Assembly (NCBI GenBank): GCA_964016885.1
Contig: OZ024742.1
Span: 23,622,001 to 23,686,000 of the forward strand
Source: Eledone cirrhosa
Lineage: Eukaryota
Direction: 5' to 3'
DNA length: 64,000 nt
Shown here: in pieces, positions 1 through 13,880 of the stretch
Numbering within the stretch: the stretch's first letter is position 1
How the letters are laid out: every line of letters starts with the position of its first letter
Translations under genes and position numbers: made by a program
Notes under the pieces: generated by a model
What the model saw: the letters and a program-made list of their open reading frames with translations, nothing else
What the model was told of the DNA's origin: nothing
The model's database searches: none

Positions 1-2999
1 CATCAAAAGCTGTTTACAATATCCGCCGAAAAAATAAACACAGCATGTACAGATTAAACTTGGTGGCATATAAATTCTCCCATGTCAAATGTTATTTGCT
101 AGGCATTACAATGTTTATATTGTATATTAAATTGATAGAAATGCATTCCAAATCTGCGATGTCAACACTCTAAATGATCCTGGTTGCTGATTATTACAAA
201 AGGATTATGATTCTCCAGCGTATTCAAAAATATATTAATAGATGTCTATTTATCATGTACTTAAAAGGCCAAGAATCATATATTCCCTGTCAAGTTGTAT
301 TATTTAAGGACTACATATGCCCACAAAATATATTGTTTCTGTGATAAATCAAAGATTATCGCTAAGAGGTTGGTGAGATTAATATGTTGTACTAAAGATT
401 TTTATCTTGGTAAAATGGAATATTTGTTCTTTAGAGCATGTAACAAAATAACACCACACATTCAAAATGCCATAAACCTTTACATAACAACAAAATATTG
501 AACAAATAAAATATTTAAATTTATATTTCAAATCAATAAAACAAACGAAAATAAAATAAAAACAAATTTTTAATTTCAAATTCATAATATTATTCATTTA
601 TTTATTTATTTAATTATTTATTTATTTATTCATTTATTTATTACTGCCATGTATATTTTACTACGTTCAATAATTTTATTATTATCATTTTGTGTTTTAT
701 ATTTTATTTTTGCGCCTTTCCTTTTGAAACTTTAAGGCTGCACATTAAATATAGAGTATGGTTAAACTATTACTGATAGAAATGAAAACCTAAACATTGT
801 CAGTGTTCTAAAGGTTTAACGTCCATGACTACGTATCTCGGATTTGAGGCAGAAATGCTATAAAGATGATTGATAAAAACATTTTTAATTGACTTCTCAT
901 TATTGACATTTCTTAAAACGATTCCGTGCTTAAAAAAATTTAACTCATTAATTTTTATTTTATTATGTTTTATTATCCTTACTGTTATTATTTTCATTAT
1001 CACTTTTATTTTTATTGTTATTGCTGGGGCTGTTATTGTTGTTGTTGTTGTTGTTGTTATTGTTGTTGTTGTTGTTGCTATAAATGTTCTTGTTGGTGTT
1101 ATTGCTGTTAATGATATGCCAAATTAAAATGACCCTGGATTTTTTGTTCCTATCGTTTTGGTTATTTTGCATCATTTATTTTCCTGCGTCTCAGTCTATG
1201 TCTCTCTCTCCCGTTGTTCTCTCTCTCTCATCTCTCTTTCTCACCCCTCTCTCATCCCTGTCTCTCTCTCTCTCTCTCTCACCTCTCTTTCTCCCCTGTC
1301 TATCCCTCTCTCTCACCCCTCTTTCTCAATCAGTCTCTCTTCATCTCTATATCTTCCAAAATTAAATTTTAAATTAAAAAAATTAAAAATGAATGTTTAT
1401 TTTTGTTTTAAATATATTTTTCAAACTATTTTAGTTTCTTTTTTGTTGTTATTTCCTCTATTTTCGTTTCGTTTCAGTGAACCAGGCTTATTTATTGACT
1501 CAACTTATCAACCAACTATTTGGTTCACTTAGCTTAGATTGGGAACTGATCAGTTAACAATGAAATCAGTTTTATTTGTTCCTCCACCCACACGACCACC
1601 ATCATCATCATCACTATCATAACGATGTTCTCCCTCTCTCTTAATTTTTCTCTTTCCCACTTTATGTATCTTTTACTCACTCTTTATCCCTTACACTTTC
1701 TCTATATCTTAATATATCTGTCCTTCTCATTCTTCTCAGTCTCTCTATTCGTCTTTCTGTTTCTATCTATGTCCCTGCCTCTCTCTTATTTTCTATCTAT
1801 ATATCCCTGATTCTCTCTATCACTCATATTTTGTATACATCTTTTTGTTTTGTTTCTATCTCTACGTTTCTATATTCTCTCATGTCTCTGTCAGTCTCTC
1901 TCTGTATATTTCTCTCTCTTTCTTGCTCTCTTCTTTTAATCAAACATCATACAAGGATATTGTTTTCAAACTAGCAATCAATAAGACGTTTCTAGATGTT
2001 ACTTCTACTTCTATCTCTAGCAACACTACAACAACATCAAATACAGCAACAAGTTACAAGAAAAAGACTATAACTATTAAAAATAACAACACTGACTACA
2101 AATATGGATTTTCTTCAAAAACAAAGCGAAAGAAAATTTCTGTTGATTTTTTAAAGAAAATATCAATAACTTGAACAATAAACAGGAATATTTTCAATAG
2201 CTTCACCAAAAGACAAAAAGCAAAATAGATGCAGAACTGTCATTTAATGATGTAGGCAGATTCTATCATTTGAATCCAAATTGTTTGGTTGATTCTTGAA
2301 ATACATTTAAATTTAACGATCGGGGTTGTGCTCCGGCAGTCAGCCGAGGAATCTTATTAGAGCTACCACTTAATTAGATAACCAATTCTATACGATAACT
2401 CATAAAATAAATGCCATCCTCTCTCTCACTCTAAACATTACAAATTATCTTTTCTTCACGTTGGACAAGTTGCAGTTTATCGAATTCCTGTCTGTGGCCA
2501 TCACTACGGATAATTGACTTTTGTATTCAACTGATTTATATCAGAGACACAAAGATATTCCTCGGTGGATTAACTCTTCTGCTATCGTCATATTTTTAGT
2601 TATTGCCTTTGTATTTGTAGTTGCTGTGGTTGTTCTTATAGTTGTTGTTTAACCACAGGTTATCTCTAATGGGTTATGTCATGCCTAGGAATAGGATCTT
2701 GACTGGTTTTACGACTGTGGTAGGTGGATATATCTCGTCCCCTAATGATCCGTCGGGAGAAGGAGAAACTAATTTACCGCATCCGAGGCCATCCTGTTGG
2801 TGTTGTTTCATATTCAAATAATTGATACCAAAGTTGCTAAAATATCAGGTGGACCCAACCTACATATATCATTATTGTTGAGTTGTTATTATAGAAGCTA
2901 CTATTATTATTATTCATTTAGTTATTGTTATAGAAACTAGTATTGATATTGTTGTAGCTATTGTTGTTGTAGAAGCTATTATTATTATTATTATTATTA

Positions 3000-5200
3000 G
3001 TGTTCTTTGAGTCTCAGTCATTGATGTTAGTTAACTGGAAAGTTTGTTGAAATGAATATCAAGCCACTACCTGCAGCCTCAGATATTCAGGACGTATCGG
3101 AGGGTTCTTGCTGTTCCCAGCAAGCATGCCTTTTGAAGCGTTTCCAAAAGCGTGGCGGGGCCAATTTTCTTTAACCATCCCTGGAAACTCTTTGAGATAG
3201 TACCTAGTGCGCCTATGACAATCGCGACCACTTTGACTTCATGGACGTTCCAAATCCTTTTTACCTCCCACTTTAAGTCCTGGTATCAGTTAATTTTCTC
3301 CCTCTCCTTCTCTTGCACCCTCGTGTCGAATGGCCAGGCCACATCCACAATCAGGCACGATCTTTTTTCATTGTCCAAAACCACGGAGGTCAGGTCTATT
3401 GTGTTCCAGTTTCTTGTCCGTCTGTATCCTAAAATCCCACAGCACCTTCACCTGATCGTTTTCTATCACCGACTCTGGCTTATGCTCATACCACTTCTCA
3501 GAATATGTTAAATTGTATACTTTGTATAGGTGCCAATGGATCACCCTGCCAATCACATCATGTCTCCAGCCCTTATAGTGAGTCTGGGCTATGTGTTTAC
3601 ACTCGGATACAATGTGAGCCACAGTCTCCTCTCTCTCTCCACAGATCCTGCACAGTGGGCTAGCCTCCTCCTTGTAAATATGGTGTTTCAACCACTTCGT
3701 TTTGAGGGCCTGCTCTTGCGTAGCCATTAGCATTCCTTTTGTAGCCTGTTTAAGGTCTCCTCTTTTCAACCAGTTCTATGTCTGAGGATCTCTGAATTCA
3801 GTTTTCTCAAAGAAGGTACTATGAAGGGATTTTTCATGAAGGCTGCTCTTTCTCCTTGTTGTTATTTCCTCCCTGGACATCCCTTGGTCAATTGTCCTCT
3901 CCTTCAGTACAGTTCTGAGCATTGGCTCCTTACTATCAGTCACGTATTTGTGTAGGTTGTTTTTCTCCATCTGAACACAGTCCTCTATGCTGATAAGACC
4001 TCTTCCACCTTCAGATCTCCTTAAGTAGAGTCTATCGACATCACTCCTCTTGTGGAACATGTTGTAGATAGTCAATAGCTTCCTAGTTTTCCTATTCATT
4101 TCTTTTTGTTCAGCAACATTCCATCTCAGAATTCCCGCACTCTACCTAATAATAGGCACAGCTCGGGAATTTACTGCACTTATGGCATTCCTACTGTTCA
4201 GATGTGACTTTAATACGCTCCTTACTCTCCAAATGTATTCAGTTCTTATCAATTCCTTCATTTTTTTGTTCTTGATGTCATCAGCCTCCAGAACACCCAA
4301 ATACTTGTATCCTTCTTCAGTGTCAATTTCCTTTATCCCTTCACTTGTTGGTACCTGGATTCCGTTGCTTCTGCCCAATTTACCCTCTTCATCACAAGGA
4401 CTCCACACTTACTAATACCAAATTGCATACATATATCATTGCTGAAAATACGGACAATGTCAACAAGCACGTCCAACTCCTTCTCACTCTTCCCGAAGAG
4501 CTTAAGATCGTCCACGAAGAGGAGGTGATTGATGGTAATCTCTCCCTTTGCCAACTTGTATCCTGCTCTCACTTTTCGCAGTATAATGGTCAGGGGCATC
4601 TGGGCAAGGACAAACAACAGAGGGGACAGACTATCTCCCTGGAAGATACCTCTCTTGATCTTCACGCCTTCCAAGGATTCTCCAGCTGATGTTAACTCTG
4701 TTTTCCAGGACTTCATACTTTTGCCCAACAACTGCCTGATGTTATCTGCCACCTTGAAAATCTCTAGGCTTTTGGTTATCCAAGAATGAAGCACCATGTC
4801 AAATGCCTTTTTGTAGTCTATCCATCCCATGGCAAGATCAGTGTGTCTCCTCCTGCAATTCCTCATTACCATCTTATCAATAAGTAACTGGTCCTTTGTA
4901 CCACGGGACTTCTTTCGGCATCCTTTCTGTTCGTCCGGTAACAAGTTGTTTGTGTGGAGATGATGGTAGATGTCCTCAGACATAATGCTTGTCAACAGTT
5001 TCCACATTACGGACAGACATGTGATAGGTCTATAGTTGGTAACATCATTACCCTTGATTCGGTCTTTCATTACCAGAACTGTGGTACCTTTTGTCAACCA
5101 CTCTGGTACCTCACCTGACATCAAGCAGTCATTGAACATGGTTGTCAGTTTCGAGTGGAGGGATGTTATATTTTTAATCCAATATCCCTGCACATCATCT
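3000..5200 (-). mobile_element. 5'-truncated R4/Dong-like non-LTR retrotransposon (RT + CCHC + restriction-like endonuclease), copy 1
   Basis: Frameshifted ORFs with RT motifs NYRPITCL, QKGC, WIDYKKAFD, GIFQGDSLSPLLF, HLLFVDD, YKYLG; C-terminal CRIC..ET..HIVSEC, RHD and RPD..D. Flanked by (TAA)n at ~2979-2998 and ~5201-5223. Confidence 0.9.
3079..5193 (-). pseudogene. Disrupted RT-RLE polyprotein of Dong-like copy 1
   Basis: ORF pieces 4333-5193, 4142-4408, 3776-4099 and 3368-3769 are colinear; terminal stop at 3079-3081. Confidence 0.85.
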
Positions 5201-5223
5201 AATAATTATTATTATTATTATTA

Positions 5224-7500
5224 CAGCTGCATTTATCTTGCTTTATGTTCATACGAGTTATCACCAAGTCACAACCAGTGACCTCAAGAGACAACAAGGT
5301 CCGCCATGTTCAAGAAAGAACATACATACTCACACATGCATCTTTAGTGTTTAGACTTGTGATGTACTTATATTGACAGAATCTTCCTTAGTATATGGGC
5401 AGTTCCCATTAGTACTATCTTTTGTATTTCTCCTATACGCGGGTTTCATGGGATTTGCGATAAGTAATCATTAAACCCCTTAGGTATCATTCCTAGAGCG
5501 CCTACAACCACTGGTATTGTTTTAGTTCTCAATTTCCACATTTTTTCCAATTTCTATCTCCAGGTCCTTATACTTGCTCAATTTTTCAAATGTTTTTATA
5601 GATACATTCTTGTCTATTGGAACGGACATATCAATTAGCAGGCATACCCTCATTTTAAAGTCCTTCAATATTATATCAGGTCTATTTGCATCTATTTTTC
5701 GGTCTGTTTGGATGCTAAAGTTCCACAAGATTGAGATGTGATCTTTTTCAAGTATGGGAGGTCGTTGATGCTCCCACCAATTCTTTTGATGGAGCAGGTC
5801 CAAATGCTTACACGTTATCCAATGTATGTATTGTGCAGCTCTGTCATGCCTGTTTAGGTATTCGGTTGGAGCTATAGGACTGCACATTGAAATTATATGG
5901 TCAATGGTCTCTGGTTGTTTTTTACATACACGGCATAATGGGCTGCATCCATTTTTTATTATGTTGGCTGGGTAATTCTTTGTTGGCAGACACTGATCTT
6001 GTGCTGATATAATCAGTCCTTCAGTCTCCGATTTCAGTTCAGAGGATGCCAACCACTGATGGGTTAAAGTTTTGTCAACATCAGGATTGTTCGCTCGTTA
6101 TGGGTATTTTCCATACAGAGGCTTTTCTTGCCATTTCTTAGCCAGTTTCTGTAGCAGTTCTTTCTTTGCAGTTACTTTTACCTGCTTTGCTTTTTCTGTG
6201 TTTTCCATTTCAGCAGTAAATGGGACTTCTGAAATGTGTAGTCCATTACTGTATCTTTGTGCATCTTGTGTAATGGAGTATGATCTTTTGATGCTTTCGT
6301 GTTTCAAAACGAGTTTGATCATCCAATCATGTGATTCCCTTAGATATGTAGATAATCCAATTGTTGCAGTTTTCAACGCAATGTCTAACTGGATTAACCC
6401 ACGTCCTCCTTCTTTCCTAGGGAGATATATTTTTCTCAGTATCTGCCTTAGGGTGATGCATTCTGTGCATGGTTAAGAATTTTCGAATTTTTGTATCGAG
6501 CCTACGGATCTCTGTGCTTGACCAGTTGATGACATTGTAACTGTAGGTTACTACTGGTATGGCAAGCGTGTTTATGGCATCGATCCTATTCCTTGCATTC
6601 AATTCCGTTCTTAAGATTGCTCTTACTCTGCGGTAACATTCCTTCCTTATCTTTTCCCTTATTGTCGAGTGCTTGATTCCGTCTCCTTCACAAACACCTA
6701 GATATTTGTAAGTTTTTTCTTGATCAAGTTCTCTTATCACATTCCCTCGATCAAGATTAATGTGTGAACTTCTCAGCATCTTTCCTCTGGTGAACGTTGC
6801 TTTGGCGCATTTATCTAGTCCAAACTCCATTTTAATGTCATCACTGAACTGCTTCACAGTGGATAATAGCCCTTGCAGTTGTTCATCATTTTTTGCAAAT
6901 AGTTTCAGGTCATCCATGTAGAACAAGTGATTAATGGTTTTGTCAAAGACTTTATATCCATGTTTTGTTTCATTGAGCATTTTACTTAATGGTATAAGTG
7001 CGATGCAGAATAAAAGCGGTGATAAAGAGTCACCCTGAAAAATTCCACAATTAATATTAACTTCTCCAGCTTCCAGTGATTTTGTTTCACTATTCAAAAG
7101 GAGTGTCGTTTTCCATGTCTTCATACTGAATGACAAAAACCTCCTGACAACGGGGGATATTTTGAAAATCTCTAAACATTTTTGAATCCAACTGTGTGGC
7201 AAACTATCGAATGCTTTTTTATAATCTATCCAAGCAATTGATAGATTTTTGTGTCTATTATGACAATCTTCCAGTATCATTTTGTTAACCAGAAGCTGAT
7301 CCTTACAGCCATATGAGCCTCGTTTACACCCTTTCTGCCTAATGGGAAATAGGTCATTTGTTATCAGGTGGTCATATGTGTATTCAGTTAGGACTGATGT
7401 TAAAATTTTATACATTGTGGTCAAGCAAGTTATCGGTCTGTAATTTTTGGGATTGTTTGTCTCATCATTCTTCGGAAGCAGGAATGTAATGCCGTTAACT
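5224..7500 (-). mobile_element. 5'-truncated R4/Dong-like non-LTR retrotransposon, copy 2 (different family)
   Basis: ORFs 6417-7424 (QKGC, WIDYKKAFDS, GIFQGDSLSP, YMDD, YKYLG), 6098-6376 and 5522-6052 (CRVC..ETIDHIISMC, RHD, RPDIIL..IDMSVP); stop at 5368; (TAA)n on both sides. Confidence 0.9.
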
Positions 7501-7534
7501 AGCTATGATGGATTATTTAATATTATTATTATTA

Positions 7535-7569
<35 letters not shown>

Positions 7570-9361
7570 GTTGTAGGTATTGTTTTTTGTTTAACCCACG
7601 TAATCTCCGATCAAGGCGGTAAATTGTCAGTCGGTAGGACTTTGGATTAGAACCGCATCACTGGACCCATTGCTTAAAACCTGCTGGGTCATCTTTGCTT
7701 TTCATCTCTTCATGGTCAACAAATAAAGTACCAGTGCAGTAGTGGGGTCGATTCTTTGTCTCTGTTTCTTTATAAAACCTCATATGTGTTAACTTTTAAC
7801 GCAAAGTTGAAATTGTCTAAGATATGCTGTGTGTCAGGGCGGCGTCTCAACGATTCCAATAGGAGTAAAGGTTCTTTATCTGTTTTGCCCTTTTAAAATT
7901 TCTTATCAAGCAGAACCATGACAATAACAGCATTCCATCCTTGGTCATGTTGGTGCTGTGTTTTGTCTTTTATATCTAATGTACATAGGGTGACATTCTC
8001 CAGGGTACTCATCCTTCTCTGTATAAGGTATAGCATGATTTCTGGGACATCTGGTTGATTTGACTATCAGATCAAGCATGCATGACGAAGATCCCACAGT
8101 TGTTTCGTAATTTTTTGTAAGAAGTAGGCGTTATAGTTGTTACTATGTTTAGTGCTACTGTCTCATTGTTTTTGTATTGTAAATAAGTTTCGTGCAATAA
8201 ATGTATTTATATAGAATGTCACGCTGCATGGGTTCTTTAAATAATATCTGCAGTTTATTTACCAACACTAATTTTGACAGGTCACGCCAAGGCTTCCACG
8301 CAACGAAAAAGCAGATATTTACAAAATTTACATTTACAAAATATTTCTATCGATGTTCGATATCCGATCCGATCTGTCGTTTTATTTCTGAATATATAAT
8401 TAATTCCAGGGTGCTTATAAAGGACGAGGTTTTATTTTTAAACAAATGGTGGTAACGGTCTTATCCGTTAGGCCATTAGCGAGTTTTTCTCTTTGGTATG
8501 GTATGTTATGGTCAACTTTGCCTTTTATATTTCCCGTTAGATAAAATTAAGTGCAAGTCATGTATTGGGGTTGATTTAATCAACGTTTCACTTTCCTTCA
8601 TACTTGCTGGACTTGTGCCTTAATTACATATCAATATGTACTCTAAAAACGTATGAAAGATGAAAAGATGATCACTTTAATAATGGAGCAGAGCTGATTT
8701 CTTCCAGAGGGAGACTCTTGAGGAATGGGATGAATCGACTCTAGTACTGGGATGGTGCTTTTTTATCGCCCACAAAATTATTAAAAGTAAAGTTGTCCTT
8801 GTTGGAATTTGAACTCTAAGTGAACAGAGTGCCGGAACGATTACTGCAAAATATTTCATCCATCACTCTACACCAATTCTGTCAATTAACAACCCTTAAA
8901 CGGACTAAATACTATATGCACTGTTTTTCTCTTTACGTTCTACATTATGTGGATTTCTGCAAAACCGACTCATAACTTGAACCCAATACTGTCAAGTTCT
9001 CTTGCAAGATCGGAAAGTCGGTGACCTGTCTGAGAAGGGAGTCCCGCGATGCTGCGTGGCTGATGCAGCTGGTGTCACTGGCCATTGTGCGCAGGAATGA
9101 TTTTTGCGGTCCAGTCCGCGGGGCGCAGCACTTCTGTTCCCTTGCACTAGGCCCAAAGTCAAATCACCCTCCCCTTCACCCCCATCTCTTCAGCTACGCC
9201 AGAGCTCTTGTCATCCCCTCCCCTTCCCATTATTTTTCTTCTTTCTCTTTCTCTTTTTTCTCTATATTTCCCTATTCTTTTTTCCTTTTGTTTCCTTTTT
9301 TTTTTTTCATCATTGCCGTTATTATAATTCTCATTATTATTATTGTTACTGTAAATATATA

Positions 9362-9544
9362 TAATTGTTTCTACTTTTGGCACAAGGCCAGCAATTACCC
9401 AGTACATTACTGGTACTTTATTTTATCGACCCCGTAAGGATGAAAGGCAAAGTTAACCTCGGCGGGATTTGAACTCAGACCGTAAAGGGACGTAACTATG
9501 CTGGAAAGCATGGCGTCCGACTCTCTACTGATACTGCCAATCCA
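9362..9544 (-). mobile_element. tRNA-derived SINE (octopus OR/CORE-SINE-like family)
   Basis: Reverse complement has an A-box-like TGGCAGTATC and a B-box GAGTTCAAATCC, then the body AACTTTGCCTTTCATCCTTACGGGGTCGATAAAATAAAGTACC; many copies in the window. Confidence 0.85.
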
Positions 9545-9999
9545 CATAATATTACCTCCCTGGACATTTTTGTGTCCAATGGCCGTTGCTGTTCATCATT
9601 GAACTAATGTATTTTCTTCACCGTATAATTATTGTTACACTAATTTAACTTTAGTTGTTCACGTGGAGTGCCGTCTGTGTGTAATTAACCTCATTCATTT
9701 TGTTATATATATATTTTTTATCGGAAATAAAAATAATCATGGTTTGAAACCATGTCAGAGTTAATGGAAAACCTACTTTGATTAATGGTAAACAATATCT
9801 TGATATAATGTTATTTGGAGAAACGTATTATTTTTCTAAACTAATTATAATCTATTACACAGACACATGGCGAAATTCTAGGAAGGAAGTAGTTGATTCC
9901 TGTACTAAACTGGCACTTTATTTTATCAACCATCATCGGTTGAAAAGAAACGATGGCCACAGTAGGACTTTACCTAAAAACGAATAAAGTTTGTCTAAA

Positions 10000-10200
10000 A
10001 TATGGTTTCAGATTTCAGTACAGGGCCAACAAACCCGAGGGAGAGGAAACTCGATTGAATCGATACCACTGTGATTCTGGCACTTTAATTTATCGACCTC
10101 GTAAGGATGATAGACCAAGCTAACCTTGGTGGGATTTGAACTCAGAAAGTAAAGGGTAGTAAATCTATGCCACAACGCATGTCCGACAATATTATTGCCG
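10000..10200 (-). mobile_element. Diverged SINE copy (another at ~8700-8890)
   Basis: GGGATTTGAACTCAGA and TTTATCGACC motifs shared with the family. Confidence 0.65.
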
Positions 10201-11917
10201 CTCACTTAGTTTTTAGAGAAACGGAAATCCCAAAATGATTACTATACTGAAATATACAATGGTCGTTATGATCAACTAAGACTTTGTAGGTGGTGCCCCA
10301 GTATGGCCGCAAGTTCAATGGCTGGTGTCATATGCAAGAACGTAAATAGCATATATATTTTAGAGATAGATAAATCATTATCATTATCATCATCATGTCG
10401 CGTTTCCTGGGACAACTTTGATAATTATATTTCTCATTTTTCCCCTTTCCAACATGACTTCCGCAAGTTCATTCTTTCTAAGATTCATATCTTTATAAAC
10501 CCGCTCCAGAAACGTAGATAGATACTCCGGCACATTCATATATATATCGATGACAGATGACGACAGACACATTCGAATACAATGTCAACTTTACTACGAT
10601 GACATTCAGAAGTTGCAATAGGAAACAGAAAGACAACGATAGATAAATACTTCGTATAAATACTGTTAGTTTCACGAAAAACAAACAGAAAACACGTTAT
10701 ATATTCCATGAGATTGCTAACTATGGCGTTTGACATCGATTTAATGACAATTTCTCCATTTGTTGATGAAAGCTTTGATGGCAGATCGATACATTATAAT
10801 TGCCTGTTCATTATCTACTCATTAACCAGTAGACCAAATGTATTCCAGTCGTGACCATCTCAATATTTAGTTTTTTCAGAGAAAATGTACCTAGAAATCC
10901 AATTAATGGGTTCGTCATTTTTCTTAATACGACAGTGTATGGTTTCAGGAGAATTTAGCTGTTATTTCTAGCAGTTTGAGCAGCCCGGACAGAGGTTTTC
11001 TTGATGACTCACAACTTGATGGACACGAGAATATTCCCAGGCACTGAAGAATCCAACAAGATCACAGTGAGTCGGTGATTGACAAATGTATATTATTTTA
11101 CACACGACAAAGTCGATTAGAAACACTTGCGGTGATCTATAGTTTACTTATAACAGCTTTGATTACAAAACATGAACAAACAGAGATTCGAATACGACCT
11201 TTTATGTAACATCAACATTAGACGCTGTAGAGAAATTCCTAATAGTTTAGACGAAGTATGTATTTTGTGTGGAACCAAAACATCTAATATTCCTGTTAGT
11301 GCCTTGGGATTTGCCTTTTAACAGCTCTGACATATATTTAGATATTTACCATTGTCTACACTTCAAATTGCGTTTCTAGATCACAAAGCGCTTACTGTCC
11401 GCTGGCAATGTATCTAAAAATACGCGTGATGCATTGTATAAGAGAATCTCATATAGTTTACTGTTGCAGGAGAAATTCTTTACGGCTTCTCTCTAATATA
11501 TCACACTTTTCTTTCCTAATTTTCGTGTTCTTGCAATCTTCAGAAAAATGCAGCATCTTTAGAAGTGGTGCATTTTAACTGCAATACACGTGGAACAATG
11601 GCAGAATATACAGCAGAGAATTGCAAAGTAGAGACGTAGGAGTGAGAGATTGGCCGTAAGACACGTCTTATTGAATCCTAGAGAGATTCAGAAGAAAAAC
11701 AGAAAGAGTAATATGAAAAATAAAGCACGTCTAGTTAACAGAGGCTGAATAAGGAGTGTTGTTAAAGAAGATATTTCTATTGGAGCAACGTATATACACA
11801 ATTTTAGATATAGCCTCACAGACATTTTTCACCTTTTACACAAACACCCCGCCACCTATATATTCATACATACATAAAAATGTACGAACACACGCACGTA
11901 TACACAAAACACACACA

Positions 11918-11993
<76 letters not shown>

Positions 11994-12008
11994 TATATAC
12001 ATATATGA

Positions 12009-12095
<87 letters not shown>

Positions 12096-12099
<4 letters not shown>

Positions 12100-12227
12100 T
12101 GTATATGAAAACAAATATACATAGTAAGTTTATATACAATAAATTTATGGAAAGCATCGTTGCCAAAGAAAATTATTTTTTCATTGTATACAAACGTATT
12201 ATATCAATGTTTTCCTATACACCCGTA
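12096..12227. mobile_element. Possible Tc1/mariner-type MITE
   Basis: Imperfect terminal inverted repeats GGTGTATATGAAAACA / TGTTTTCCTATACACC bounded by TA. Confidence 0.4.
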
Positions 12228-12266
12228 TTTTACTTAAACGCTGTGTTAGTGCTACCGCCAATTAGC

Positions 12267-12309
<43 letters not shown>

Positions 12310-12489
12310 TGTACAAATGAACAAGAAAAGCTCCCTAAAGATATAAAGAATTTGTATACATAGAACACTGTAATACTTGTAGACAAACACATAAATATCA
12401 ATTTAATATCAATTTAATATCAAAGCTAATATATTTCGTATATCTAATTGAGTGAAGCTTTCAATACATACATGCATATGTATGTGTCT

Positions 12490-12623
12490 GTATATAGAGG
12501 GTGTCCCCGAAAATGTATACACACTTCAGCAGGATCCTAATCAAAATGTGTATACATGTATACACATTTTGATTAGGATCCTGCTGAAGTGTGTATACAT
12601 TTTCGGAGATACCCTCTATATAC
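12490..12623. mobile_element. Palindromic MITE, Tc1/mariner-like
   Basis: Near-perfect ~134-bp palindrome TA-GAGGGTGTCCCCGAAAATG...CATTTTCGGAGATACCCTC-TA centred on TACATGTA. Confidence 0.7.
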
Positions 12624-12696
12624 ACACACATTGTTTCATACACTGAATACTCTAAACTTTCCTCTTGCTTTATCTTCATAAACTGCCAATGTTTCA

Positions 12697-12930
12697 TTTT
12701 TATTTTTATTTTTATTTTTATTTTTATTTTTATTTTTATTTTTATTTTTATTTTTATTTTTATTTTTATTTTTATTTTTATTTTTATTTTTATTTTTATT
12801 TTTATTTTTATTTTTATTTTTATTTTTATTTTTATTTTTATTTTTATTTTTATTTTTATTTTTATTTTTATTTTTATTTTTATTTTTATTTTTATTTTTA
12901 TTTTTATTTTTATTTTTATTTTTATTTATT
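12697..12930 (+). repeat. (TTTTTA)n hexanucleotide tract
   Basis: About 38 pure units. Confidence 0.95.
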
Positions 12931-12939
12931 TTTTTTTTT

Positions 12940-13163
12940 TATCCTTTAACCCTTATATGTAAATTGCCATGCTATATCATTATGATGGATGTCATCCCAC
13001 TGTGGGTCAATATATGCATATGTTTTTATATGTCTCTTGTGTTGAAAAGGAGGTCAAGTATGTTATAGATCACTAAATAGTTGCTCCGAAGAATCCAAAC
13101 CTCGGTTTGGAGGAAACAATTGTAAGCAAATAAATGATTTAAACTGAACTTTGATTATTGTAA

Positions 13164-13165
<2 letters not shown>
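12940..13165 (+). mobile_element. PLE-derived 3' terminal fragment with hammerhead (second copy at 58238-58470, minus strand)
   Basis: Near-identical to the reverse complement of 58238-58470; hammerhead, then AATAAA, then a (CT)n(AT)n tract in both copies. Confidence 0.7.
13081..13129 (+). ncRNA. Minimal type I hammerhead ribozyme, CCGAAGA core variant
   Basis: TTGCT-CCGAAGA-aTCCAAACC tc GGTTTGGAg-GAAA-CAATTG-TA-AGCAA: stem I 5 bp, stem II 8 bp, palindromic stem III, GUA cleavage triplet. Confidence 0.75.
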
Positions 13166-13200
<35 letters not shown>

Positions 13201-13226
13201 GTGAGTGTGTAGGGGGGGGGTGTATG

Positions 13227-13290
<64 letters not shown>

Positions 13291-13553
13291 AGACACTACA
13301 TTTATTTCATACGGCAATGAAGTCTACTTGATTGGAAATATTTTATTTGTATGAAATCATTGGTGAGGTTTGTTATGTACAGATTTCTTTGTAGTAGGTG
13401 TAAAAGGTGGAAACCCTACTGAGGTTATTAAATATTTTTGTTAGGTCAGATTATTGATGAGATATAATAAGTTTGGAATCTTTGCAGGCTTTGTGGGTAT
13501 AAATTTAACATGAAGTACGCCAGAAGTCAATAATGAATAAAAACACAAAATTA

Positions 13554-13614
<61 letters not shown>

Positions 13615-13653
13615 ATTATTTTAACAATGATAATAATAACAAAGCCAAATTCC

Positions 13654-13880
13654 TTATTGTGTGTTACAATTGTTTCGCCGGCGGACAGCTTGAGACGCGA
13701 TCATTGTGTGGATCTGTCTGACTCTGGACCCGGAGATTCGACGGACACGTCTAATGATTTCGGAGCATATTCGGAAGAATCTGATCCGAAATCATCACCT
13801 CTCGAGCTGTCCGCCGGCGAAACAATTGTAACACACAATAAATTGAGTTCAGATGCATCACTGATTATTCGTTTTATATT
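13654..13880 (+). mobile_element. Short fold-back element between (TA)n tracts, PLE-terminus-like
   Basis: ~40-bp inverted arms TTATTGTGTGTTACAATTGTTTCGCCGGCGGACAGCT; contains GAAACAATTGTA followed by AATAAA, as in the 13081 hammerhead, but no clear 5' core. Confidence 0.55.

Noticed and set aside
963-1370. Asn-rich and Leu/Ser-rich ORFs
   Set aside because: They derive from (GTT)n and (CT)n simple repeats.
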